A stretch of 64,000 nt of DNA, taken from Terriglobia bacterium. Its GTDB lineage: Bacteria; Acidobacteriota; Terriglobia; UBA7540. The stretch is taken from the NCBI GenBank assembly GCA_049519635.1, contig JBEKQO010000002.1:6106-70105 (forward strand), written 5' to 3'. Each line of letters opens with the position of its first letter. Position 1 is the stretch's first letter. Positions 46,851 to 56,519 of this stretch are shown here, piece by piece. The translations under genes and the position numbers were made by a program. The notes under the pieces were generated by a model. It had not been told where the DNA came from and ran no database searches. It saw only the letters and a list, made by a program, of their open reading frames with translations.

Positions 46851-48110
46851 ATGTACAGGTTTATTGCCCGGCAGCCCATCCTGGACCGCTACGAAAACGT
46901 CTATGGTTACGAGCTTCTCTCTCGTCCCGGGGAAGAAGAAGTCTGGCCACCGATGAACGGCGCGCGCGCCGGGGAAAAAGCCTCTCCGGTCACTCCCGCA
47001 TTGGAAGAAATCGACAAGCTCAGCGACGGCGTGCGCGCCTTCATCAGATGCACGCGTCAAGCATTGATCGATGGCCGCGCCGCAGAGTTACCCCGCGACC
47101 GTGTCGTATTGGAGATCCTTGCGACCAGAGAACCCGACCAAGAGGTGGTGGCGGCCTGCCGGAGTTTGAAAGATGCCGGGTTTTTGATCGCTTTGGACGA
47201 TTTCCAGGGCGCGTGGGAGGAGCCGCTGGCCGATCTGGCCGACATCATCAAGGTGGATGTAACCGCCTCTACCGATCGAGCACAATGGCTGCTTATCCGG
47301 AAGTTTCGGCCGCGAGGCACAATTTTTGTGGCAAAAAAGGTGGAAAAGCGCGCGCAGTTTCAGGCCGCCGTGCAGCAGGGCTTTTACTATTTCCAGGGCC
47401 AATTCTACTCCCGGCCGCAGCCTTACGCGGCTTCCGAGGTTAGCCCCACAAAGTTGGTTTACTTGCTCGTTCTGCGTGCCGTCACCCGGCCGGAAATCAA
47501 TGTGGAGGAAGTCGCCTACACCATCAAGCATGATCTGGCCCTGTCCTACAAGCTGCTGCGGTTCTTGAACTCTGCGCGTTTCGCCTTTCACTCGCGCATC
47601 AAATCCATACGGCACGCCCTCCTGCTGCTGGGACAGAATGAAATTCGCAAGTGGATCGGGCTGATTTCCTTGGCCGCCTTGGGCGAAGGCGGTCCTCCCA
47701 TTCTGGTGAAAATGGCTCTGATCCGCGCGGCGATGTGCGAGTCCCTTGCGCCGCTGGTGGGCGAGCCGAAACGCGAATCCGATTACTTTTTCTTGGGGTT
47801 GCTTTCCAGTATCGATGTTCTTATGCGGCGTCCCATGCGCGTGGTGCTGGCGGAACTACCCATTACGCCGGATGTAGGCGCGGCGCTGGTGGGTGAGCAG
47901 AATCCGCTCCGCGACGTCCTCCGGGCCGTCATCAGCTACGAAGAAGGCAACTGGGAGGAGTTCGCCCAATTGGCAAAGACATTGGCGCTGAATGAGGAGA
48001 AGCTTTCCAAACTATACATGCACGCCCTTCTCTGGAGCCGGGAGCTTACCCAGGAGGAAAAAGCCGATCCCGCCAAGGCGACGTCTCAGCCTTCTGAAGC
48101 CGTGAAATAA
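46851..48110 (+). CDS. EAL-HDOD domain protein (paralogue of 35305-36651)
   Basis: Start MYRFIARQPILDRYENVYGYELLSRPG, then 'IALDDF', 'IKVDV' and 'VAKKVE', followed by an HDOD-like C-terminal half. Confidence 0.85.
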   Translation: MYRFIARQPILDRYENVYGYELLSRPGEEEVWPPMNGARAGEKASPVTPALEEIDKLSDGVRAFIRCTRQALIDGRAAELPRDRVVLEILATREPDQEVVAACRSLKDAGFLIALDDFQGAWEEPLADLADIIKVDVTASTDRAQWLLIRKFRPRGTIFVAKKVEKRAQFQAAVQQGFYYFQGQFYSRPQPYAASEVSPTKLVYLLVLRAVTRPEINVEEVAYTIKHDLALSYKLLRFLNSARFAFHSRIKSIRHALLLLGQNEIRKWIGLISLAALGEGGPPILVKMALIRAAMCESLAPLVGEPKRESDYFFLGLLSSIDVLMRRPMRVVLAELPITPDVGAALVGEQNPLRDVLRAVISYEEGNWEEFAQLAKTLALNEEKLSKLYMHALLWSRELTQEEKADPAKATSQPSEAVK

Positions 48111-48470
48111 TTCCTCCTTCTCCCCGCGGAGGCCCAGAGATTTGAAAACAAAGGCCCTTTTCTCGGCGCTTCGAGGCTAAAAATGGGGTTGACCTTACGA
48201 AGTTTCGGCCCTTCCATGGCCGAGATGAGCTCTCGGCTTGCCTTTCCGTCGGTTTCACTCGCGCCCGGGGAGCCAAAAGAGGCCTACGGCTACTCCCGGC
48301 ATCCCGCTTCGCGGGATTCGCGAGGTGGCGATTGAATGACAGGCGAATCATGCTTTTCCGCCGCTTACTGAAATTCGGTCGATCCGACGAGCCCTGAAGC
48401 GCAGCAGAGTCGCTTTGATGTATCCAAGAATTTGCCAAGCCCCGTGCATGAATCGGCAAGGGTGAGGGTC

Positions 48471-49673
48471 ATGTCAGATAAAATCCTTTTCGTCGATGAC
48501 GAACCGATCTTACTTCAAGGCTATCAGCGCCTGCTCCGGAAGGATTTCCAGATATCCACGGCAGTGGGTGGCGCCGCTGCCCTCTTGCTGGTCCAGCAAG
48601 AGGGACCTTTCGGGGTGGTGGTCTCCGATATGCGCATGCCGGCGATGGACGGAATCGAGTTCCTCCTGAAGGTCCGGAAGGCCGCGCCCGACACCGTCCG
48701 CGTCATGTTGACCGGCGCTTCCGACCTTGATACCGCTATCCACGCCGTGAACGAAGGAAGCATTTTTCGGTTTCTCAGCAAACCTGCCAACAAAGACACC
48801 CTGGTGAGCACTTTGACGGATTCCCTGGCGCAATATCACTTGGTCTGCGCCGAAAAAGAACTGCTGGAGAATACCCTTCGCGGCACCGTCTATGTTCTTA
48901 CCGAAGTGCTCAGCTTGGTGAGCCCGGCGGCATTCAGCCGCGCCGCGCGGGTGCGCCGATACGTCCAACACGTTGTCACCAAGCTGTCCCTGGCCAGCCC
49001 GTGGAAGTATGAAGTTGCCGCCATGATGTCGCAACTGGGTTGCGTCACGGTCGACCCCAAGACCCTTGAAACCGTGTATTCCGGTCAGGACCTTTCCCCG
49101 GAAGAGGAAGCTCAATACGCCACCCACCCGCAGGTCGCTCAAGACCTGTTGAAAAGCATTCCGCGGATGGAATCCATCGCCTGGATGATCGCCTATCAAT
49201 TCCAGCCCCTGCCTATCGAGTGGGACACCGGCGACCGGGAAATGGCCGAAACGCGCCTGGGCGCGCAAATCCTGCGTGCTGCCATCATCTTTGACGGGCT
49301 TCTCCGCAAACGTCAATCGCGCACGGAGGCTGCCCACTTTCTTACCCGAAGATTTGCCGGCTTGGACCGAAAAATCATCGAGGCGCTGATGGAATTGGAA
49401 CCTGAGGTTTCAGGCCAAGGCACCCGAGTCATGGGAATAGGAGACCTACAGATAGGGTGGGTCCTGCAAGAGGAGGTTCGAGCTACGGAGGGAGCTTTGA
49501 TTGCCGCAAAAGGACAGGAAGTCACGGCACCGCTTCTGATCAAGCTTAGGAGCTTTTGGAAAAAGCGTGCCATCGCCGACTCGGTGTCCGTGTCCCCGAA
49601 GTATCAACAAGGAAGTTCAGACATCGCGGCACAAACGGTGGAGGATAAAACCTCGAGGACCGTTACTCCTTAG
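48471..49673 (+). CDS. Response regulator: REC plus an HD-related (HD-GYP/HDOD-like) output domain
   Basis: 'ILFVDDEPILLQGYQRLL...VVVSDMRMPAMDGIEFL...MLTG' (REC). The C-terminal about 250 aa resemble RpfG-like output domains, but I could not see an intact HD...GYP. SD GGTGAGGG. Confidence 0.75.
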   Translation: MSDKILFVDDEPILLQGYQRLLRKDFQISTAVGGAAALLLVQQEGPFGVVVSDMRMPAMDGIEFLLKVRKAAPDTVRVMLTGASDLDTAIHAVNEGSIFRFLSKPANKDTLVSTLTDSLAQYHLVCAEKELLENTLRGTVYVLTEVLSLVSPAAFSRAARVRRYVQHVVTKLSLASPWKYEVAAMMSQLGCVTVDPKTLETVYSGQDLSPEEEAQYATHPQVAQDLLKSIPRMESIAWMIAYQFQPLPIEWDTGDREMAETRLGAQILRAAIIFDGLLRKRQSRTEAAHFLTRRFAGLDRKIIEALMELEPEVSGQGTRVMGIGDLQIGWVLQEEVRATEGALIAAKGQEVTAPLLIKLRSFWKKRAIADSVSVSPKYQQGSSDIAAQTVEDKTSRTVTP

Positions 49674-49797
49674 CCCGCTTTTCTCCCCAGCTTCTGGAGA
49701 TGGCAGGGCAGCGCGGCGGCCCTCTATGATGGGGCAAGGCGAGACGCGTCGCGCCGTTGCCACTTGGGAGGAGGGAAGTGCCCACTCACCATAGCCC

Positions 49798-50316
49798 CAT
49801 AAGCGCTAACTTAAGAGTATATTGGGATCGTCCGAAGCCGTATGAGCGGCGACATAGTGTGGCCCACGGCGTCAGCCGTGGGATTACGCAACCCAAGGTA
49901 TATCTTGAGCCACGGTGGTGGCGACGGATAAATCCTGCTCGGTCGGACGCGATTCTGACGCCCCTAGCCTGGATTTCTCACCACGACTCCGGAAGGACGG
50001 GGCTTTAGAGGTTGCGCAAAAACTTGAAAGCGCTGTCATTCTGAGGAGCAGCGGCGACGAAGAATCTCGCCTTGTCTTGAAAATACTCAGAGCGAGATCC
50101 TTCGCTGCGCTCAGGATGACAGCATTGTAGGGTTTTTCCGCAGCCTGTTTAGCCCCGCCCTTCCGGCCGTGTTCAACCGTGGTGAGAAGTCCGGGCTAGC
50201 GGGGCTTAAGAATTCATTCCATTTCACGATTTACCCACGGCTAATGCCGTGGGCCACATTATGCCGCCCGCTACGCGGGCTTTCGGGCACCGCCAGATGT
50301 TAAGTTAGCGCTTATG
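49798..50316. repeat. About 520-bp nested inverted-repeat structure enclosing a family-A/B element
   Basis: Outer perfect 17-bp IR CATAAGCGCTAACTTAA (49798-49814) / TTAAGTTAGCGCTTATG (50300-50316). Next layer: TGGCCCACGGC....GCCGTGGG hairpins (49857-49883 and 50232-50259). Innermost: an A/B element at 49965-50198. Confidence 0.85.
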
Positions 50317-50442
50317 CACCATGGGACTGATAGGGTCAAAAAGGAAGAAGAGGCCGACGCGTTCCTCATATGTGAGTCTTGGGATGGGAAATGAAGGGGC
50401 TGGCCTCCTGCCTCCGGCCGAGGGGAGGCGCAATAGGTGGGG

Positions 50443-50751
50443 TTACCAGCGCGCGGTTAGGGAGCGCTCCGGGACTTCCAAATCGTCGGGCTTGGGCTGG
50501 CATCTCGGGCAAATCAGGATAATGCTGGCGACGCGTTCGCCCTCGACGCGCTGCACGTCCCAACCGGTGCGCACGGCCGCCTCAACGCTTGGCAGCCTAC
50601 GGTCACAGTACCAGCAGCGGCCCTTGCCCGTAGAGCAGATGGCGTGCAACGCGTCATGCACGTCCAGCACGATCCGTCCAGGTGTTTTAACTGCGCTCAA
50701 GCTCACCTCCTGCGTCAGAATAGCTGACAGCCGACGGCTCACAGCTAACAC
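50443..50751 (-). CDS. Hypothetical small Cys4 (zinc-ribbon-like) protein
   Basis: 102-aa ORF with CWYC...CPRC. No family recognised. Start and expression are uncertain. Confidence 0.3.
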   Translation of the reverse strand: MLAVSRRLSAILTQEVSLSAVKTPGRIVLDVHDALHAICSTGKGRCWYCDRRLPSVEAAVRTGWDVQRVEGERVASIILICPRCQPKPDDLEVPERSLTARW

Positions 50752-50993
50752 TCAAAGTTTTCTGCCTACCTCCAACTGCCGGCTCTAACCCCTGTGCGAT
50801 CCAAGTCCCTAAGGCAGTCGCGAAGCAAGAAGCTCACAGCGGTGTGAAGATATTGCACAGCCTCTACCATAAGCCGTTGCATCACCGCAATCCATTCGTT
50901 CCGTGTTTAGAATAGCTTGAGGCCTTTTCGACAACTCGACACGCTCGCTTGCTTACCGTGCACCGAACTGCGAGCAAGGCCGCTGCCAAGCTC

Positions 50994-51401
50994 TCAATTC
51001 CCTTCAGCCTTCGATTCCGATCCTTCTAAGAATTGCTCGGCCATATTTACGAACTCACGTGCCTTTCGAAGTTCCGCCTCGGCTGTGTCTGGGGCAATCG
51101 CTGCGCTCGCGTCGAGCGCATAGTCGGCGTCTTCACGAAGCTCAAAAGCCCGCGCCAAGGATCGGCCAAATCTTGATTCGACCTTCCCACCCTTTACAAG
51201 CAGTTCGCCGAACTTGCTGATGACGCCCTGATGGCTCTGGAACTCCCGGTCGAGGCTTGCGAGCATTGCCGAAGCCGCTTCAAACATGGCGTAATACGTG
51301 CGATTGACCGTACCCGCATAGCGACCCAGGGAAAACATTCCCTCAGCGTCTTTGAGTCTTTCGTGTGCATTTCGAAAGTGCGCCTCGACATGCTCATTCA
51401 T
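50994..51401 (-). CDS. HEPN-domain protein (toxin-like partner of a HEPN/MNT pair)
   Basis: 'RLKDAEGMFSLGRYAGTVNRTYYAMFEAASAMLA...HQGVISKFG...ELREDADY' is a classical HEPN-domain pattern. Its ATG overlaps the stop of the upstream MNT gene (ATGA at 51398-51401). Confidence 0.85.
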   Translation of the reverse strand: MNEHVEAHFRNAHERLKDAEGMFSLGRYAGTVNRTYYAMFEAASAMLASLDREFQSHQGVISKFGELLVKGGKVESRFGRSLARAFELREDADYALDASAAIAPDTAEAELRKAREFVNMAEQFLEGSESKAEGN

Positions 51402-52243
51402 TTCACGGGCACCGCGTACTGCGAAATAAAGTGCGTAAAGTTCGTCTGTCCCTCTCGAAAGTCAGCTTCCCGAATCGGGACCACGGAAATGACCAGCCCA
51501 TGTTCCAGCGAGAGATCGTAAACAATTTCTCCGAAGCGTTCCCTCTCTTCATACAGGTTGTCGAAATCAGAAAGGACCAACGCCACATCAAGGTCGGAAT
51601 TCTCGCCGAGGTCGATTCCGGCATCAGGCTTCGCGTAGGAGCCGAATACATAAAGGCCCCGGAAACGCTCACCATAAAGGGCCTTGAGCCTGTCATTGAG
51701 GGCGTCAAGGATGGGCTGGATACGAGAACTGGCCCACTTCGAGATGTCGAGGATGGTGGCGTTGAGCGGTTGCACGTCTTGGGCATTAAGTTTGGCGTTG
51801 GCCGGGTCGGCGCTCACATGACGCCACGATAAGTGCCAGAGGATTTCTCCAACGTGTTCGATGAGGCTGTTTGCTGTAATCTTCCCACGAGCATCTCGCT
51901 CAGCAATCACCCAGTCCAATCGTCCCGGGAAATGAGCTTCAAGCCGCCTCCCAATTTCAGCCGCCGCCTCACCATCGCTTTCTCCAGGGAAGATCATCTT
52001 CCAGTCCTCGGAACCCTTTTCTATGGGCGATAGGTCGTGATGTTCAGAGAAAAAAGTCCTAACTTTCTCGCTCATCTCGGCCGAACGAGCCTCCGGCCAA
52101 TCCGTCCACATGAATTTGATAAAAGTACCTCGCAGCGATAAAACGGGTGCTGGCAGTAATCCATTCGCGGGATCGCGCAATTCCAAGAGCGCGATCTGGG
52201 TCGTCAAGTCACCCTGCGGATTGTAAGTACTTAAGGCTTGCAT
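51398..52243 (-). CDS. Minimal nucleotidyltransferase (MNT) domain protein with an about 170-aa N-terminal extension
   Basis: The C-terminal 'LYVFGSYAKPDAGIDLGENSDLDVALVL' is the GSx10-11DxD NTase motif. I recognise no family for the N-terminal about 170 aa. Confidence 0.8.
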   Translation of the reverse strand: MQALSTYNPQGDLTTQIALLELRDPANGLLPAPVLSLRGTFIKFMWTDWPEARSAEMSEKVRTFFSEHHDLSPIEKGSEDWKMIFPGESDGEAAAEIGRRLEAHFPGRLDWVIAERDARGKITANSLIEHVGEILWHLSWRHVSADPANAKLNAQDVQPLNATILDISKWASSRIQPILDALNDRLKALYGERFRGLYVFGSYAKPDAGIDLGENSDLDVALVLSDFDNLYEERERFGEIVYDLSLEHGLVISVVPIREADFREGQTNFTHFISQYAVPVK

Positions 52244-52413
52244 CGCGCCGTTCCTTGGACTCTTGCCACCGGTTCGTCACGCTCAGGATTTGACCCCTTC
52301 AGGGTCAGGCCATGATGGGGGCCGCTTTCCGGGGGCGTTGCCCCCGGCTACTATATGAATCCCCTGCGGGGATTTGCAAGCCTACTGCCTTCCGCCTACT
52401 GCCGACTCTCCTC

Positions 52414-55326
52414 CTACGAGCACCCGCTCGTGCTGCCGCAATTCAAGCACTTATAGCAGGCGCCGTTGCGGACCATGATGGCGCCGCAATCGGCGCAACT
52501 GGGAGCGTCGTCGCTTTGGTTGACGCCCACCAAGCCTCCCTGGCTCATGGCGGAGGCGAATCCACTATGAGGCGGGGGCTCGGTAGTAGCGCGGGTGAAC
52601 TGGGTGGCCAGTTCCGTGGCCTTTTCCGCCTCCGTGCCATTCAGCGACTGAATGCTGGCATCCTCGCGGGGCTGCGCGTCGCGGGGCAGAAACTTGAATG
52701 CCATCCAGCGGAAGATGTAATCCATGACGGACTTGGCATAGCGGATTTCCGGATTGGGAGTCCAGCCGCTGGGCTCAAAGCGCGTATGGCTGAACTTATC
52801 GCACAGCACTTTGAGCGGCACGCCATACTGCAAGGCCAGGGAAACGGCGGTGGCGAAGGAATCCATCAGCCCCGAGACCGTTGAGCCCTCCTTGGCCATG
52901 GTGATAAAGATTTCGCCGGGTTGCCCATCCTCGTACAGGCCCACGGTCAGGTAGCCCTCGTGCTGCCCTACCGCGAACTTATGGGTTATGGCATGGCGCT
53001 CGTCGGGCAACTTGTGGCGGTAGGCTTGCGGCGCGGATTCCGCCTTAACGTCCTTGCTATTTTCCGGCTTCTGGCTCACGGCCTCCGCTTCCTTCTTCGG
53101 TTTCGCGTCGGCGGTATTCAAAGGTTGCGAGCGCTTGGAGTTGTCGCGGTAGATGGCGATGGCCTTCAGTCCCCGCCGCCAACCCTCGGTGTAGACGCTG
53201 GCGATCTCCTCCGCCGTAGCCTCTTCCGGCATATTCACGGTCTTGGAAATGGCGCCGGAAAGGAAGGGCTGCACGGCGGCCATCATGCGCACGTGGCCCA
53301 TGTAATGGATGGAGCGCTTGCCGTTGGCGGGTTTCAGCGAGCAGTCAAACACCGGCAGGTGCTCCGCCTTCAGGTGCGGCGCGCCCTCAATGGTGCCATG
53401 CTGGTCGATGTAATTGACGATTTCGGAAGCTTCCTGCTCGTTGTAGCCGAGTTTGAGGAGCGCCGTGGGCACCATGTTGTTGACAATCTTGATCAGGCCG
53501 CCGCCCACCAGCTTCTTATATTTTACCAGGGCCAAGTCCGGCTCAATGCCCGTGGTGTCGCAATCCATCATAAAGCCGATCGTCCCGGTGGGCGCCAGCA
53601 CGGTGACTTGCGCGTTGCGGTAGCCGTACTTCATACCGCTGGCCAGGCACTCATCCCAGGTCTTCTTCGCCGCTTCCCACAGGTTCTCCGCAACATTGCG
53701 CGCGTTGATGTGCTGAAGCGACTGGCGGTGCATGGAAATTACCCCCAGGAAGGGGTCGCGATTAACGGCGAAGCCCGCGAAGGGTTCCAGTTCCCCCGCG
53801 ATGCGTGACGACTGGAGGTAAGCCTCACCGTGCATCAGAGCCGTAATGGCCGCGGAAAAGTCCCGGCCGCCGTCGGAATCATAGGGCAAGCCATTGGCCA
53901 TCAGCAGCGCACCCAGGTTGGCGTAGCCGAGTCCCAGGGGACGGAAGTCGTGCGAATTCTTGGCGATTCGGTCCGTCGGGTAGCTGGCGTTGTCCACCAG
54001 AATTTCCTGCGCCGTAATCATGATGTCCACGGCGTATTTGAAGGACTCCGCATCGAATTTGCCGTCGGGGGCAAGGAACTTCATCAGATTCAGCGACGCC
54101 AAGTTGCAGGCCGAGTCGTCCAGAAACATGTACTCGCTGCAAGGGTTGGAGGCGTTGATGGGCGCGGTGGCCTTGGAGGTGTGCCAGTGGTTGATGCTGG
54201 TGTCAAACTGCATGCCGGGGTCGCCGCACTGCCACGCCGCCTCCGCGATCATCTTCATCAGGTCACGGGCGCGATACACTTTGGCCACTTCGCCGGTGCT
54301 GATGTGGCGCGTCGCCCAATCCTTATCCTCCACCACGGCCCGCATGAAATCGTCGGTGACGCGTACGCTGTTATTGGCATTCTGAAAGAAGATGGAGCTA
54401 TACGCCTCACCGTCGATGGCCGGATCGTAACCCGCTTCCACCAAAGTCCAGGCCTTGCGCTCCTCCTTGGCCTTGCACTCAATGAATTCTGCGATGTCGG
54501 GATGGTCGATATTCAGGATCACCATCTTGGCGGCGCGGCGTGTCTTGCCGCCGGATTTGATCACCCCGGCAAAGGCGTCGTAGCCTTTCATAAACGACAA
54601 GGGGCCCGAAGCCACACCGCCGCCCGACAGCGCCTCCACGGACGACCGCAGAGTCGAGAGGTTCGTGCCCGTCCCCGAACCCCACTTGAAGAGCATCCCT
54701 TCCGTTTTGGCCAGATTCAGGATGCTTTCGAGGTTATCCTGGACGGAATTAATGAAGCAGGCTGAACACTGCGGGTGCCGGTAGGCCTCGGTCTCTTTCT
54801 TGACGCCGCCCGTGGCCGGATCCCAGTACCAGCCGCTCCCCTGGGCGCTGCGGTGGTACTTGTGCCATAGGCCGCAATTAAACCAGACCGGTGAATTGAA
54901 CACCGCCTTCTGCCGGACCAGGATGTGCGTCAACTCATCGTGAAAATTTTTGGCGTCTTCCTCCGTGCGGAAGTATCCGCCCTCCACGCCCCACTGCGCG
55001 ATGGTGTCGGCCACGCGGCTAATCAGTTGGCGCACGCTCGACTCGCGCTCGGGCGTCCCCAGCTTGCCGTGGAAGTATTTCGACGCCACAATGTTGGTAG
55101 CGGTCTGCGTCCAGTCTTTGGGTACCTCCACGTTGCGCTGCTCAAAAATATTCTTGCCCTTTTCATTCTGGATGGAGGCGGTCCGCATCTCCCACTCGAT
55201 CTCGTCAAAGGGACGCACACCTGCCTTGGTGAAAAGCCGTTTTACGGTAATACCACGCTTGCTCGATGTCTCCACACCAGGGGCCCAAGACTTGATTTCA
55301 GTCGACACAGCATCCCTCTCAGACAT
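52414..55326 (-). CDS. nrdJ: Class II (adenosylcobalamin-dependent) ribonucleotide reductase
   Basis: Start MSERDAVSTE (GGAGG upstream). Blocks 'ASKYFHG', 'FNSPVWFNCG', 'SACFI', 'PCSEY' and 'NLGSLN-like LASLNL', plus a C-terminal Cys4 ribbon 'CADCGAIMVRNGACYKCLNCG'. Confidence 0.95.
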   Translation of the reverse strand: MSERDAVSTEIKSWAPGVETSSKRGITVKRLFTKAGVRPFDEIEWEMRTASIQNEKGKNIFEQRNVEVPKDWTQTATNIVASKYFHGKLGTPERESSVRQLISRVADTIAQWGVEGGYFRTEEDAKNFHDELTHILVRQKAVFNSPVWFNCGLWHKYHRSAQGSGWYWDPATGGVKKETEAYRHPQCSACFINSVQDNLESILNLAKTEGMLFKWGSGTGTNLSTLRSSVEALSGGGVASGPLSFMKGYDAFAGVIKSGGKTRRAAKMVILNIDHPDIAEFIECKAKEERKAWTLVEAGYDPAIDGEAYSSIFFQNANNSVRVTDDFMRAVVEDKDWATRHISTGEVAKVYRARDLMKMIAEAAWQCGDPGMQFDTSINHWHTSKATAPINASNPCSEYMFLDDSACNLASLNLMKFLAPDGKFDAESFKYAVDIMITAQEILVDNASYPTDRIAKNSHDFRPLGLGYANLGALLMANGLPYDSDGGRDFSAAITALMHGEAYLQSSRIAGELEPFAGFAVNRDPFLGVISMHRQSLQHINARNVAENLWEAAKKTWDECLASGMKYGYRNAQVTVLAPTGTIGFMMDCDTTGIEPDLALVKYKKLVGGGLIKIVNNMVPTALLKLGYNEQEASEIVNYIDQHGTIEGAPHLKAEHLPVFDCSLKPANGKRSIHYMGHVRMMAAVQPFLSGAISKTVNMPEEATAEEIASVYTEGWRRGLKAIAIYRDNSKRSQPLNTADAKPKKEAEAVSQKPENSKDVKAESAPQAYRHKLPDERHAITHKFAVGQHEGYLTVGLYEDGQPGEIFITMAKEGSTVSGLMDSFATAVSLALQYGVPLKVLCDKFSHTRFEPSGWTPNPEIRYAKSVMDYIFRWMAFKFLPRDAQPREDASIQSLNGTEAEKATELATQFTRATTEPPPHSGFASAMSQGGLVGVNQSDDAPSCADCGAIMVRNGACYKCLNCGSTSGCS

Positions 55327-55473
55327 TGTATGCCTCCAAAGAAGTGGGGTCTTGCCCTCTATGATTTGTCGCTGGTGCGGCCTGGTCACAGCGGAAAGAT
55401 CTTTGCGTTCGCGTGCCCCGCTGCCGGTAATGCCCCCCTCGGGCGGAATCCGGCACCGCAACGGCTGCAAGGG

Positions 55474-55502
55474 AATCTAACTCCACCCGTGAGGTTTGTC
55501 AA
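55474..55502 (-). promoter_or_regulatory. Candidate sigma-70 promoter of nrdJ
   Basis: On the minus strand: TTGACA (55502-55497), a 17-nt spacer, then TAGATT (55479-55474). This implies a leader of about 140 nt. Confidence 0.45.
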
Positions 55503-55509
55503 GAAAAAA

Positions 55510-55554
55510 CACTATATGTAGTGGTTCAGGGGGCGATATCGACAAAATCTTGTG
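55510..55554 (-). promoter_or_regulatory. Tandem NrdR boxes
   Basis: CACTATATGTAGTG (55510-55523) and GACAAAATCTTGTG (55541-55554). Both are near-palindromes resembling the NrdR-box consensus acaCwAtATaTwGtgt, with centres 31 bp apart, abutting the -35. Confidence 0.6.
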
Positions 55555-55687
55555 GGTAACTTCTGGAAAAAATACGGGTTACGCGATGCGGCGAGCGGGA
55601 CTCGGGGTCCGGAATTCGGGGTTAGGGATTCCGTAGATTGGGATTTGGGCCGATCCTGGTTAGGGAAGCGGACCTCCTCAATATTCG

Positions 55688-55823
55688 CCCCCCTCACCCC
55701 CACGACCCGCAGAACGTGGGGCCCCCTCCGCCTTGCGGTCCCCCCTCGCCCCCTTGGGGGAGAGAGGGTCGCCCAGGAACGAACAGTAACTTCCTCAAAA
55801 CCCTTATGTGAACAATATTGGGG
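55688..55823. repeat. Family-G/J repeat
   Basis: CCCCTCACCCCCACGACCCGCAGAACGTGGGGCCCCCTCCGCCTTGCGGTCCCCCCTCGCCCCC... and ...CTTATGTGAACAATATTGGGGCTA. A related copy lies at 41975-42090 (AACGTGGGGCCCCCTCACCCCC...CTTAAGTGAACAGTGTTGGCGCTA). Confidence 0.65.
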
Positions 55824-56342
55824 CTAGCTCGGCAGGGGGGCTTTCAGATTGACCTTGGACAGAGACTTCACCAGCGCCGCTTCCACCGTCTCTTTCGCCA
55901 TTCCGCGCGCCACGGCAACCTCATCAACCAGCAGTTGCCAGGAGCGGTCCAACATTTTCTTTTCGCGGAAGGAGAGGGGCTTGGCCTGGTTCAGAATAAT
56001 AAGTGTTTTCAGGACCTCGGCCACCTGCATCAGGGAGCCGCTCCGCATCTTTTCGGAGTTTTCCTTGAATCTCCCTTTCCAGTCGCCTGCGGATTTACAT
56101 CGGCCCTTCTGTAAGTATTCGAGAATCATGCCGATTTCGCTGTTCTTGGTAACACGCCGCAGTCCCACAGTCGCTACGCTGCTCAAGGGTACCATCACGC
56201 GCATACTGCTGGAGCTGAGCTTCAGCAAATAAAACATTTCCGGCTGACCGGTTAGGTTGCGCGTAGAAATCTGTTCCACGATGCCGACACCTTGGTTGGG
56301 ATAGACAACCTTGTCGCCTATCTGAAATTGCATAAAATGCAT
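55824..56342 (-). CDS. carD: CarD-family transcriptional regulator
   Basis: 'FQIGDKVVYPNQGVGIVEQI...MFYLLKL...MRVMVP' (CarD/TRCF RID-like N-domain). The start is ATG 56342 (GAGGAG 4 nt upstream) or 56333. Confidence 0.85.
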   Translation of the reverse strand: MHFMQFQIGDKVVYPNQGVGIVEQISTRNLTGQPEMFYLLKLSSSSMRVMVPLSSVATVGLRRVTKNSEIGMILEYLQKGRCKSAGDWKGRFKENSEKMRSGSLMQVAEVLKTLIILNQAKPLSFREKKMLDRSWQLLVDEVAVARGMAKETVEAALVKSLSKVNLKAPLPS

Positions 56343-56429
56343 GGGGCTCCTCGGAGGAAATGATGTGGGTGTCACGGAACTATTAATACTAACCTCGAAC
56401 TTGTCAGAAGTCAACTGAATAGAACGAAA

Positions 56430-56519
56430 GGTAGGGACTCATTTTGAAGTGCCACGGCCTTCTTGGCCGTGGCCGGTCACGGGCGGGACGCCCGTGCCAC
56501 GTCAAAATGAGTCCCTACC
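56430..56519. repeat. 90-bp three-stem palindromic element (family H, copy 2)
   Basis: Outer stem GGTAGGGACTCATTTTGAAGTG/CACGTCAAAATGAGTCCCTACC encloses hairpins CCACGGCCTTCTTGGCCGTGG and CACGGGCGGGACGCCCGTG. The architecture matches 18578-18668. Confidence 0.8.

Noticed and set aside
55327-55470. Cobalamin riboswitch in the nrdJ leader
   Set aside because: I could not find a B12-box-like element or the conserved riboswitch core. In addition, B12 riboswitches are known upstream of B12-independent RNR genes, not of the B12-dependent nrdJ.
52312-55521. Plus-strand ORFs 52312-52884, 52921-53808, 53830-54765 and 54925-55521
   Set aside because: They are antisense to nrdJ. Also rejected is the 5' extension of nrdJ to 55470, because it would run through the predicted promoter and leader, and the ATG at 55326 has a GGAGG SD.
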